Assembly (NCBI RefSeq): GCF_021732705.1
Contig: NZ_JAKFUM010000006.1
Location: 36,198-100,197, forward strand
DNA: 64,000 nt
Reading direction: 5' to 3'
Origin: Nevskia sp.
GTDB taxonomy: Bacteria; Pseudomonadota; Gammaproteobacteria; Nevskiales; Nevskiaceae
Part shown: in pieces, positions 48,037-57,375 of the stretch
Position numbering within the stretch: the stretch's first letter is position 1
How the letters are laid out: the number at the start of each line of letters is the position of its first letter
Position numbers and translations under genes: made by a program
Notes under the pieces: generated by a model
Seen by the model: only the letters and a program-made list of their open reading frames with translations
Databases searched by the model: none
Told to the model about the DNA's origin: nothing

Positions 48037-48966
48037 TCAGGCCTTGGCGGCGGGTGCGCGCTTGCCGAACAGGCGTGTTCCCAGCATGAAGACCGCCAGT
48101 GCAACGGCACCGGCAACGACGCCGATGACCCCATTCAGCAGTGGCGCGAGCACCGCGCCGCCGATGCTGCCGGCGCTTTCGGCCAGATGGTGCACGGTGG
48201 CTTCGCCGCCCGGAATGCCGTGCACGAGAATGCCGCCGCCGACGAGGAACATCGCCGCAGTGCCGACCACCGAAAGCGTCTTCATCAGCTTCGGCGCCGT
48301 TGCCAGCAGTAGGCGGCCGAGCGCCTGCTGACCCGTGCCGGGCTTGCGGCTCAGGTAGAGACCGGCGTCATCGAGCTTGACGATCGCGGCGACGAGACCA
48401 TAGACGCCGACGGTCATGATCACCGAAATGCCGGACAGCACCGCCAGCTGTGACGTCAGCGCGGCACCGGCGACCGTGCCGAGGCTGATCACGATGATCT
48501 CGGCCGACAGCACGAAATCGGTCCGGATCGCGCCCTTGATCTTGTCCCGCTCGAATGCGACCAGATCGATCGCCGGATCCGCCAGCGCGTTCGTCAGTTC
48601 GGCATGGTGAGCCTCGTCTTCTGCGGCCGGATGCAGGAACTTGTGCGCGAGCTTCTCCACACCTTCGAAGCACAGATAGAGGCCGCCAATCATCAGCAGC
48701 GGCAGCACCAGCCCGGGCGCCAGCGCGCTGATCGCCAGCGCCAGCGGCACCAGGATCAGCTTGTTGATGAACGAGCCCTTGGCCACGGCCCAGACCACCG
48801 GCAGTTCGCGCTCGGAGGCGATGCCGGACACCTGCTGCGCATTCAGCGCCAGATCGTCGCCGAGCACGCCGGCGGTCTTGCGCGCGGCGACCTTGGTCAT
48901 CGCGGCGACGTCGTCGAGCAGGGTCGCGATGTCGTCGATCAGGGCAAACAGACTGCTTCCAGCCAC
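48037..48966 (-). CDS. DUF808-family (YedI-like) inner membrane protein
   Basis: SLFALIDDIATLLDDVA, GVLGDDLALNAQQV, GAIRTDFVLSAEI. GTG start with AAGGA upstream. Confidence 0.9.
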   Translation of the reverse strand: MAGSSLFALIDDIATLLDDVAAMTKVAARKTAGVLGDDLALNAQQVSGIASERELPVVWAVAKGSFINKLILVPLALAISALAPGLVLPLLMIGGLYLCFEGVEKLAHKFLHPAAEDEAHHAELTNALADPAIDLVAFERDKIKGAIRTDFVLSAEIIVISLGTVAGAALTSQLAVLSGISVIMTVGVYGLVAAIVKLDDAGLYLSRKPGTGQQALGRLLLATAPKLMKTLSVVGTAAMFLVGGGILVHGIPGGEATVHHLAESAGSIGGAVLAPLLNGVIGVVAGAVALAVFMLGTRLFGKRAPAAKA

Positions 48967-49313
48967 GGCGGCGTTCCTTGTCGGCAAGCGCGAGCGAGCG
49001 CGCGGGAACAGCAGTATGACCGTCCGGGGCCGGTGCGGCAGCGAGCGGGCGACGCCGATTCGACGCGCGCCGGGATTGTCATCGACCTCACGTTAAACTG
49101 TTGTCAACGTTACCGAACTTCACCCGAATGGGGCTTGCGGCGACTGTTGCGTCTGCCGCAAGGTAACCGTGCAGTTCCGGATGTTCCCGGCGGGAACCCT
49201 GATCGGATGCGGCGACTGAACGGAATGCCGTTCCCGCGCGTCCAAGCGACTTCGGCGACGCCCCGGCCCGATGCTTTCGGGCCACACCCACTTCTCAAGA
49301 TGGAGCAAACAGC

Positions 49314-50675
49314 ATGCGCAGAGTCGTCGCTATCGCGCTGGTCATTGGCGCGATCGCCGTGCTCGGTTGGTTCGTGTTTCTTCGCAAGCCGGCGGCGACG
49401 CTCGCGGATGGCAGCGATGCCCCGGCCGCCGCCGGCAAGCCGGGCGAAGGCAAGCGCATCCGGCGCGGCCCCGGCGGTCCCGGTGGCTTCGACGGCCCCA
49501 TTCCGGTCGCCCTGGGCGATGTCGCGCGTCGCGACGTGCCGATCTATCTCGATGGCCTCGGTACCGTGCAGGCGTTCAACACGGTGACGGTCCGGCCGCA
49601 GGTCAGCGGCCAGCTGGTATCGGTCGCGTTCAAGGAGGGGCAGGAGGTGAAGGCCGGCGACCTGCTGGCGCAGATCGACCCGCGCAGCTTCGAAGCACAG
49701 TTGCAGCAGGCGCTGGCGCAGAAATCCCAGAACGAGGCGCTGCTGAACACGGCCAGGCGCGATCTGCAGCGTTTCAGCGAGCTGGTGGGAGACGGTTATG
49801 TCTCCAAGCAGCAGCTCGACACCCAGGCACAGACCGTGGCGCAGCTGCAGGCCACGGTGAAGGCCAACGAGGCGGCGGTGCAGAACGCCCGCATCTCCGT
49901 CGGCTATGCCCGCGTCACCGCACCGATCAGCGGCATCACCGGCCTGCGCCTGGTCGACGTCGGCAATCTGGTCGACGCCGGCACCACCGGCGGGCTGGTC
50001 GTGGTCACGCAGATCAAGCCGATCTCGGTGCTGTTCACCTTGCCCGAGCAGAGTCTCGGCGACATTCGCGCCGCTGGCGGGCAGGGGCTCAAGGTCCTCG
50101 CCTTCGATCGTGACAACACCCGGCAGTTGGCCGCCGGCGAGCTGACCGTGGTCGACAACCAGATCAACCAGACCACCGGCACGATCCTGCTGAAGGCGAC
50201 GTTCCCGAACGATGACAAGGCCCTGTGGCCGGGCCAGTTCGTCAACATGAAGCTGCTGGTCCGCACCGAGAAGAACGGTCTGGTGATTCCGGCCAACGCC
50301 GTGCAGCGCGGCCCGAACGGCGACTTCGTCTATGTCTCCACCGCCAACGAAAAGGGCGAGGCGACCGCCGAGATGCGGCCGATCAAGGTCGCGCTCAGCG
50401 AGGGCGGCACGGCCCTGATCGCCAGCGGACTGAACGACGGCGACCGCATCGTCGTCGATGGCCAGTACCGGCTGCAGCCGGGCTCCAGGATCAAGCCGGC
50501 TGGCGATGCTCCGGCTGCTGATCCGGCGGCTGCGGCCGCACCCGGCGGTGACGCTGCCGGCAAGCCGGGCGAACCGGGCGGCGAACGCAAGCGACGGCGG
50601 CGACCGGATGATGCCGGCGCCGGTCCGGCACCGGTTGAAGCACCGACGCCAGCACCGTCGCCGGCAAAGCCCTGA
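49314..50675 (+). CDS. mdtA: RND efflux periplasmic adaptor, MdtA-type
   Basis: GTVQAFNTVTVRPQVSGQL, APISGITGLRLVDVGN, DNQINQTTGTI-LKA-F-N, LWPGQFVN. Confidence 0.9.
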   Translation: MRRVVAIALVIGAIAVLGWFVFLRKPAATLADGSDAPAAAGKPGEGKRIRRGPGGPGGFDGPIPVALGDVARRDVPIYLDGLGTVQAFNTVTVRPQVSGQLVSVAFKEGQEVKAGDLLAQIDPRSFEAQLQQALAQKSQNEALLNTARRDLQRFSELVGDGYVSKQQLDTQAQTVAQLQATVKANEAAVQNARISVGYARVTAPISGITGLRLVDVGNLVDAGTTGGLVVVTQIKPISVLFTLPEQSLGDIRAAGGQGLKVLAFDRDNTRQLAAGELTVVDNQINQTTGTILLKATFPNDDKALWPGQFVNMKLLVRTEKNGLVIPANAVQRGPNGDFVYVSTANEKGEATAEMRPIKVALSEGGTALIASGLNDGDRIVVDGQYRLQPGSRIKPAGDAPAADPAAAAAPGGDAAGKPGEPGGERKRRRRPDDAGAGPAPVEAPTPAPSPAKP

Positions 50676-50695
50676 GCCCCGAGCCTGCCGCCGCC

Positions 50696-53600
50696 ATGAG
50701 CATTTCCGCGCCGTTCATCTCGCGCCCGATCGCCACCACGCTGATGATGATCGCGGTGGTGCTGCTCGGCGCGCTCGGCTATCGCGGGCTGCCGATCTCG
50801 GCCTTGCCGGCGGTCGATTTCCCGACGATCCAGGTCACCACGCAGTTGCCGGGTGCCAGCCCGCAGGTGATGGAGTCGCTGGTCACGACGCCGCTCGAAC
50901 GGCAGTTCGGCACCATCGCCGGTCTGGCGTCGATGAACTCGAATTCGGCGTTCGGGCTGTCGACGATCACGCTGCAGTTCGTGCTCGATCGCGATATCGA
51001 CAACGCCGCGCAGGACGTGCAGGCCTCGATCAACGCCGCTCGCGGCACCCTGCCGAATGACCTGCCGTATCCGCCGGTCTACAACAAGGTCAACCCGGCC
51101 GATGCGCCGATCCTGCAGCTCGCGATCAGCTCCGACGTGCTGCCGCAGAACCAGGTCGCCGATCTTGCCGATTCGGTGCTGGCGCAGAAGCTGTCGCAGG
51201 TCAGCGGCGTCGGCCTCGTGTCGATCCAGGGCAACCAGCGGCCCGCCGTCCGCGTGCAGGCCAACCCGACCGCGCTCGCGAGCCTCGATCTCGGCCTCGA
51301 AGACATTCGCACGGCGCTGCAGCAGGCGAACGTCAACGCACCGAAAGGCACGTTCGACGGCCCCAAGCAGAGCTTCACCATCGGCTCGAACGACCAGATC
51401 GTCTCCGCCGACGAGTACAAGCCCGTGATCGTCGCGTACCGCAACGGCGCGCCGGTGCGGTTGTCGGACATCGCGACCGTCATCGAAGGCGTCGAAAACG
51501 AGCAGCTCGCCGCTTGGGTGAGTGCGACGAGCTTTGCGAGCACTGCTCGCACGTCGCACGAACGCCCGGGCGTCGGAGACGACCGGGCCGGAACGAGTGC
51601 GACGAGCTTTGCGAGCACTGCTCGCACGTCGCACGAACGCCCCGCCAGGGATGGCGGGGCCGGCGTCAGCGAGACGCGCGAAGTCTCGCCGGGGACGGCA
51701 AGTGCAATCTTTGCCCAAGCAAACTCGACTGCCGCTCAGCAATCCCAACCCCCATCCCGCCCCGCCGTCCTTGTCGACATCCGCCGCCAGCCGGGCGCGA
51801 ACATCATCGAGACCGTCGCGCGCATTCAGGCGCTGCTGCCGCAGCTGACGTCGAGCTTCCCGGCCTCGGTCAAGGTCACGGTGCTGGCCGATCGCACCGA
51901 AACCATCCGTGCCTCGGTGCACGACGTGCAGTTCACGATGCTGCTGACCGTGGCCCTGGTGGTGATGGTGATCTTCGTGTTCCTGCGCAAGCTGTGGGCG
52001 ACTGTGATCCCGAGCATCGCGCTGCCGCTGTCGATCATCGGCACCTTCGGCGTCATGGGCCTGTGCGGCTTTTCGCTCGACAACCTGAGCCTGATGGCGC
52101 TGACCATCGCCACCGGCTTCGTCGTCGACGATGCCATCGTGATGATCGAGAACATCGTCCGCTACATCGAGAAGGGCGAGGACCCGGAAACCGCCGCGCG
52201 CAATGGTGCCAGGCAGATCGGCTTCACCGTGATCTCGCTGACGGTGAGCCTGATCGCCGTGTTCATCCCGCTGCTGTTCATGAGCGGCGTCATCGGCCGG
52301 CTGTTCCGCGAGTTCGCGCTGGTGCTGACCATTGCGGTCACGATCTCGGCCTTCGTCTCGCTGACCCTGACGCCGATGATGTGCGCCAAGCTGCTGAAGC
52401 CCGAGGCGCACGACAAGCCGCGCGGCAAGCTGTTCGACTGGTCCGAGCGCCAGTTCGACAACCTGCTCGGTGGCTACGAGCGCAGCTTGCGCTGGGTCAT
52501 GGCGCGGCCGAAGCAGACGATGCTGGTGTTCGCCTCGACGCTCGTCGCCACCGTGCTGCTGTTCCTGGTGATTCCGAAAGGCCTGCTGCCGCAGCAGGAC
52601 ACGGGCGTGATCGTCGGCGTCGCCGAAGCCGAGGCCAGCATCTCGTTCCCGGCGATGCGGGCGCGGACGCAGGCGCTGACCGACGTCATCCGGCAGGATC
52701 CGGACGTGCAGTCGGTCGCCGCCTTTGTCGGCAGCGGCAGCATCAATCCGACCCTGAACACCGGCCGCCTGAACATCGTGCTGAAGCCGCGGGCGCAGCG
52801 TTCGTCGTCGGCGGACGACGTGATCAAGCGGCTGAAGACGCTGTCCGAGGACGTTGAAGGCATCACGCTGTTCATGCAGCCGGTGCAGGACCTGCAGATC
52901 GACAGTCGCATTGCCCGCACCCAGTACCAGTACGAGCTGAAGAGTCTCGATGCCAGCGAACTGGCCGAGTGGACGCCGAAGCTGATCGAGTCGCTGAAGG
53001 CGCAGGCGCAGCTGACCGATGTCACCACCGAGCAGCAGACCGATGGCCTGTACCTTTCGCTGGCCATCCAGCGCGATCGCGCATCGCGGCTCGGCGTGCC
53101 GGTGCAGGCGATCGACGACACCCTGTACGACGCTTTCGGCCAGCGTCAGGTCACGACCATCTTCACCGCGATCAACCAGTATCGCGTCGTGCTCGAAGTG
53201 CCACCCGAATTCCGCAAGCGGCCCGATGCCCTCGATCAGCTCTACGTGAAATCGACCACCGGCGCGCTGGTGCCGCTGTCGGCCGTGGCGACGGCGACGA
53301 CGACCCGCGGCCCGCTGGTGCTGAGCCATCAGGGCCAGCTGCCGGCGGCGACGATCTCGTTCAACCTGGCACCCGGCTACAGCCTGAGCGATGCGCTGCC
53401 GGCGATCGCGGCCGCCGAGGCCGCGATCGGCCTGCCGGTGTCGGTGCAGCGCAGCTTCACCGGCACGGCCGCCGAATTCCAGAGCGCGCTGGCCAGCATG
53501 CCGTGGCTGATTCTCGCGGCGATCGTCGTGATCTACATCGTGCTCGGCGTGCTGTACGAGAGCTACATCCACCCGATCACGATCCTGTCGACCCTGCCGT

Positions 53601-54049
53601 CGGCCGGCGTCGGTGCGCTGCTGGCGCTGCTGGTCACCGGGCAGGATTTCTCGGTCGTCGCGCTGATCGGCGTGGTGCTGCTGATCGGCATCGTCAAGAA
53701 GAACGCGATCATGATGATCGACTTCGCGCTGGAAGCCGAACGCGATCATGGCAAGGCCCCGCACGAGGCGATCTTCGAAGCGGCGCTGCTGCGTTTCCGG
53801 CCGATCATGATGACGACGATGGCGGCACTGCTCGGTGCATTGCCGCTGGCGCTGGAATCCGGCACCGGTTCCGAGCTTCGCAATCCGCTCGGCATCGCCA
53901 TCGTCGGCGGTCTGGTGCTGAGCCAGATGCTGACCCTGTACACGACGCCGGTGATCTACCTGTACATGGGGCAACTGGCCGAGCGCCTGTCGAAGCGCTT
54001 CGGCCGCGCCGATGACGCGCCGGACGCGGTCGCAGGCCGGTACCCGTGA
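50696..54049 (+). CDS. mdtB: RND efflux permease, MdtB-type, with an in-frame insertion of about 77 aa
   Basis: FISRPIATTL, ATGFVVDDAIVMIENI, GIVKKNAIMMIDFA, RFRPIMMTT. Insertion at 51521-51757. Confidence 0.92.
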   Translation: MSISAPFISRPIATTLMMIAVVLLGALGYRGLPISALPAVDFPTIQVTTQLPGASPQVMESLVTTPLERQFGTIAGLASMNSNSAFGLSTITLQFVLDRDIDNAAQDVQASINAARGTLPNDLPYPPVYNKVNPADAPILQLAISSDVLPQNQVADLADSVLAQKLSQVSGVGLVSIQGNQRPAVRVQANPTALASLDLGLEDIRTALQQANVNAPKGTFDGPKQSFTIGSNDQIVSADEYKPVIVAYRNGAPVRLSDIATVIEGVENEQLAAWVSATSFASTARTSHERPGVGDDRAGTSATSFASTARTSHERPARDGGAGVSETREVSPGTASAIFAQANSTAAQQSQPPSRPAVLVDIRRQPGANIIETVARIQALLPQLTSSFPASVKVTVLADRTETIRASVHDVQFTMLLTVALVVMVIFVFLRKLWATVIPSIALPLSIIGTFGVMGLCGFSLDNLSLMALTIATGFVVDDAIVMIENIVRYIEKGEDPETAARNGARQIGFTVISLTVSLIAVFIPLLFMSGVIGRLFREFALVLTIAVTISAFVSLTLTPMMCAKLLKPEAHDKPRGKLFDWSERQFDNLLGGYERSLRWVMARPKQTMLVFASTLVATVLLFLVIPKGLLPQQDTGVIVGVAEAEASISFPAMRARTQALTDVIRQDPDVQSVAAFVGSGSINPTLNTGRLNIVLKPRAQRSSSADDVIKRLKTLSEDVEGITLFMQPVQDLQIDSRIARTQYQYELKSLDASELAEWTPKLIESLKAQAQLTDVTTEQQTDGLYLSLAIQRDRASRLGVPVQAIDDTLYDAFGQRQVTTIFTAINQYRVVLEVPPEFRKRPDALDQLYVKSTTGALVPLSAVATATTTRGPLVLSHQGQLPAATISFNLAPGYSLSDALPAIAAAEAAIGLPVSVQRSFTGTAAEFQSALASMPWLILAAIVVIYIVLGVLYESYIHPITILSTLPSAGVGALLALLVTGQDFSVVALIGVVLLIGIVKKNAIMMIDFALEAERDHGKAPHEAIFEAALLRFRPIMMTTMAALLGALPLALESGTGSELRNPLGIAIVGGLVLSQMLTLYTTPVIYLYMGQLAERLSKRFGRADDAPDAVAGRYP
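51520..51642. repeat. Two identical 48-bp hairpin-forming direct repeats inside mdtB
   Basis: GAGTGCGACGAGCTTTGCGAGCACTGCTCGCACGTCGCACGAACGCCC at 51520-51567 and 51595-51642, 75 bp apart. Confidence 0.92.
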
Positions 54050-57000
54050 ACTTCAGCGCCGCGTTCATCCGGCGGCCGATCGGCACCTCGCTGCTGGCGA
54101 TCGGGGTGTTCCTGATCGGCGTGCTGGCGTATTCGCGGCTGCCGGTGGCGCCGCTGCCGCAGGTCGAGTTCCCGATCATCTTCGTGTCGACCCAGCAGCC
54201 CGGCGCCAGCCCGGAAACGATGGCGCAGACCGTGGCGGCGCCGCTCGAACGGCGCTTCGGCCAGATCCCCGGCGTCAACGAGATCACCTCGACCAGCGCG
54301 CTGGGCAGCACGACGATCATCCTGCAGTTCGACCTGAACCGGGAGATCGACGGGGCCGCGCGCGATGTGCAGGCCGCGATCAACGCGTCGCTGGCCGATC
54401 TGCCGGCCGGGCTGCCGTCGCCGCCGACCTATCGCAAGGCCAATCCCAACGACGCGCCGATCCTGATCCTGGCGATGACCTCGGACAATGTCGGCCTCGA
54501 CAAGGTCTACGAGGTTGCCGACACCCAGTTGAGCCCGAGCCTGTCGCAGATTCCGGGCGTGGCCGAAGTCCAGATTTCCGGCGCTGCCAAACCGGCGATC
54601 CGCATCCAGGCCAATCCCGGCGCGCTGGCGCGGATGGGCCTGTCGATGGCGACCGTCCGCAATGCCGTGACCAGCCTCACGGTCAATCGCTCGAAAGGCT
54701 CGCTCAGCGATGAATCGAGCACCTGGGTGCTCGATGCCAACGATCAGCTGGCGACGGTCGAGGACTTCAAGAACGCGATCATCTCGACCCGCGACGGCGT
54801 GCCGATTCCGCTGTCGTCGGTCGCCACCGTGATCGAAGGACAGGAGAACACGCGGCTGGCCGGCTGGTTCAATGGCAAGCGCGCGGTGCTGCTGTTCATT
54901 CGCAAGCAGGCCGATGCCAACGTCATCGAGACCGTCGACCAGATCCTGGCCGAGCTGCCGGCCTTGCGTGCCAGCATGCCGGCGGGCGTCGACATCTCGA
55001 TCCAGGCCGATCGCACGCAGACCATCCGCGCGTCGGTGCACGAGGTGCAGATCGCGCTGGTGGTATCGACGGCGCTGGTCATCCTCGTGATGTTCATGTT
55101 CCTGCGCCGCGGCGTGCCGACGGCGATTGCCGGCGTCACCGTGCCGCTGGCGCTGGCGGCGACCTTCGCGGCGATGTGGCTGCTCGACTACAGCCTCGAC
55201 AACCTGTCGCTGATCGCATTGACCGTCTCGGTCGGCTTCGTCGTCGATGACGCGATCGTCGTGATCGAGAACATCGTCCGGCACATCGAGCGCGGCGAGA
55301 AGCCGATGCAGGCGGCGCTGCGCGGCACGCGCGAGATCGGCTTCACGGTGCTGTCGATCACCGTCAGCCTGATCGCCGTGTTCGTGCCGATCCTGTTCCT
55401 CGGCGGCATCCCGGGGCGCCTGTTCCGCGAGTTCTCGGTGACCCTGTCGATCGCCGTCGTGGTGTCGGCGCTGATTTCGCTGACCCTGACGCCCGCGCTG
55501 TGCGCGCGCTTCCTGCGCGCCGAGCGCCATGACCGGCCGCCCGGCATCGTCGGCCGCAGCCTCGAAGCGATGCTCGACCGCATGCTCGGCGCCTATCGGG
55601 TCTGCCTCGACTGGACCCTGCGCCACACGCGGATCATGGCCGTGCTGACCGTGGCCATGGTCTTCGTCACCGGCTGGCTGTACGGCGTGGTGCCCAAAGG
55701 CTTCTTCCCGCAGCAGGACACCGGCCTGATCAACGGCAGCATCGTGGCGGCGCAGGACACCTCGTTCGAGGCCATCACCGACAAGGTGCTGAAGCTCGCC
55801 GATGTCGTGCTGGCCGATCCGGCGGTGGCGTCGGCCGTCTACTTCGTCGGCGGCAATCGGCGCGCGTCGAACTCCGGTCGCATGTTCATCAACCTGAAGA
55901 CGCCGGAGCAGGGCCGCAAGGTCACGGCCGATCAGGTGATCGAACGGCTGCGGCCGAAGTCGGCGAAGGTCGAAGGGGTCGAGATGTTCCTGCGGCCGAT
56001 CCAGGACCTGCGCGCCGGTGGCCGTGCCGGGCGCGCGCAGTTCATCTACGCCCTGTCGTCGCCGGAAACGGCGGACCTTTACGAGTGGACGCCGAAGCTG
56101 GTCGAGCGCCTGAAGAAGCTGCCGCAGCTGCGCGATGTCAGCTCCGATCTCGAAACCGGCGCGCTGCAGCTGAACGTCATCGTCAATCGCGATGCCGCGT
56201 CGCGGCTCGGCCTGCGGCCGGCGACGATCGATCAGGCGCTGTACGACGCCTTCGGCCAGCGCCAGATCGCGCTGCTGTACGACCGCACCAACCAGTACCG
56301 CGTGATCCTCGAAGCCACGCCGGACGAGCAGCGCGATCCCTCCGCGCTGGGCCGCGTGCAGATCGCGACACCGACCGGCGCCAGCGTGCCGCTGTCATCG
56401 GTCGCGCGCTTCGAGTTCGGCACGGCGCCGCTGTCGATCAACCACGAAGGCCAGTTCACCGTCGTCAACCTGACCTTCAATCTGGCACCCGGTGCCTCGC
56501 TGCCGCAGGTCACGCCGCTGATCCAGCGCGAGATGGCGGAAATCCAGATGCCGGGCACCATACGCGGGAGCTTCGGCGGCAGTGCCGCGTTGTTCGCCAG
56601 CGGCCTGTCGAGCTTTCCGATCCTGCTGATCACCGCACTGCTCGCCGTCTACATCGTGCTCGGCATGCTGTACGAAAGCTGGATCCATCCGCTGACCATC
56701 CTGTCGACGATTCCGTCGGCCGGCATCGGCGCGCTGCTGGCGCTGCTCGCGTTCAACATGGAACTGTCGCTGGTCGCGATCATCGGCATCATCCTGCTGA
56801 TCGGCATCGTCAAGAAGAACGCGATCCTGATGATCGACTTCGCGCTGGAAGCGCAGCGCAATCGCGGCCTGACGCCGCGCGAGGCGATCCACGAAGCCTG
56901 CCTGACCCGGTTCCGGCCGATCACGATGACGACGATGGCCGCCGTGTTCGGCGCCGTGCCGCTGGCGATCGGGCTCGGCACCGGCTCGGAACTGCGTCAG

Positions 57001-57156
57001 CCCCTCGGCGTGGCGATCATCGGTGGCCTGCTGCTGAGCCAGTTGCTGACGCTGTTCACGACGCCGGTGGTCTATCTCGGCTTCGAGAAGCTCAGCCGCG
57101 GCGTGCGCCGCCTGCGCGCACGATTGCCGCGTCGTGTGGCGGTCAACCCGGCCTGA
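54046..57156 (+). CDS. mdtC: RND efflux permease, MdtC-type
   Basis: Second paralogous RND permease, GTGA-overlapping mdtB; VGFVVDDAIVVIENI, GIVKKNAILMIDFA. Confidence 0.92.
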   Translation: MNFSAAFIRRPIGTSLLAIGVFLIGVLAYSRLPVAPLPQVEFPIIFVSTQQPGASPETMAQTVAAPLERRFGQIPGVNEITSTSALGSTTIILQFDLNREIDGAARDVQAAINASLADLPAGLPSPPTYRKANPNDAPILILAMTSDNVGLDKVYEVADTQLSPSLSQIPGVAEVQISGAAKPAIRIQANPGALARMGLSMATVRNAVTSLTVNRSKGSLSDESSTWVLDANDQLATVEDFKNAIISTRDGVPIPLSSVATVIEGQENTRLAGWFNGKRAVLLFIRKQADANVIETVDQILAELPALRASMPAGVDISIQADRTQTIRASVHEVQIALVVSTALVILVMFMFLRRGVPTAIAGVTVPLALAATFAAMWLLDYSLDNLSLIALTVSVGFVVDDAIVVIENIVRHIERGEKPMQAALRGTREIGFTVLSITVSLIAVFVPILFLGGIPGRLFREFSVTLSIAVVVSALISLTLTPALCARFLRAERHDRPPGIVGRSLEAMLDRMLGAYRVCLDWTLRHTRIMAVLTVAMVFVTGWLYGVVPKGFFPQQDTGLINGSIVAAQDTSFEAITDKVLKLADVVLADPAVASAVYFVGGNRRASNSGRMFINLKTPEQGRKVTADQVIERLRPKSAKVEGVEMFLRPIQDLRAGGRAGRAQFIYALSSPETADLYEWTPKLVERLKKLPQLRDVSSDLETGALQLNVIVNRDAASRLGLRPATIDQALYDAFGQRQIALLYDRTNQYRVILEATPDEQRDPSALGRVQIATPTGASVPLSSVARFEFGTAPLSINHEGQFTVVNLTFNLAPGASLPQVTPLIQREMAEIQMPGTIRGSFGGSAALFASGLSSFPILLITALLAVYIVLGMLYESWIHPLTILSTIPSAGIGALLALLAFNMELSLVAIIGIILLIGIVKKNAILMIDFALEAQRNRGLTPREAIHEACLTRFRPITMTTMAAVFGAVPLAIGLGTGSELRQPLGVAIIGGLLLSQLLTLFTTPVVYLGFEKLSRGVRRLRARLPRRVAVNPA

Positions 57157-57218
57157 TCCCGGCATCCGTCGACGAAAGCCGCACCGCTGCGTCGGCAAAC
57201 GAGTAAACTGCGCGCCTT

Positions 57219-57295
57219 CGGAGAGTAGCTCAGCTTGGTAGAGCACCTGCTTTGGGAGCAGGGGGTCGCAGGTTCGATTCCTGTCTCTCCGACCA
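57219..57295 (+). tRNA. tRNA-Pro (anticodon TGG)
   Basis: 77-nt cloverleaf CGGAGAG...CTCTCCGACCA, anticodon arm CCTGC-TTTGGGA-GCAGG. TAAACT plus a GC-rich discriminator lies upstream. Confidence 0.97.
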
Positions 57296-57312
57296 GTTTT
57301 CGCATTCGCATT

Positions 57313-57349
57313 ACGACAAAGGCCGCTCATCGAGCGGCCTTTGTCGTTT
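57313..57349. terminator. Intrinsic, probably bidirectional, terminator between tRNA-Pro and the P450 gene
   Basis: ACGACAAAGGCCGCTC...GAGCGGCCTTTGTCGT followed by TT: a 16-bp perfect stem. Confidence 0.8.
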
Positions 57350-57375
57350 CCGGGGCTCGCCTGCCCGCTACGAGA

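Noticed and set aside
51521-51757. Intein interpretation of the MdtB insertion
   Set aside because: Too short (79 aa), no terminal His-Asn followed by Cys/Ser/Thr, and built from DNA palindromes.
39928-57295. Genomic island or prophage integrated at tRNA-Lys or tRNA-Pro
   Set aside because: No integrase or phage genes, and no duplicated tRNA 3' end (att site) was seen in the window.
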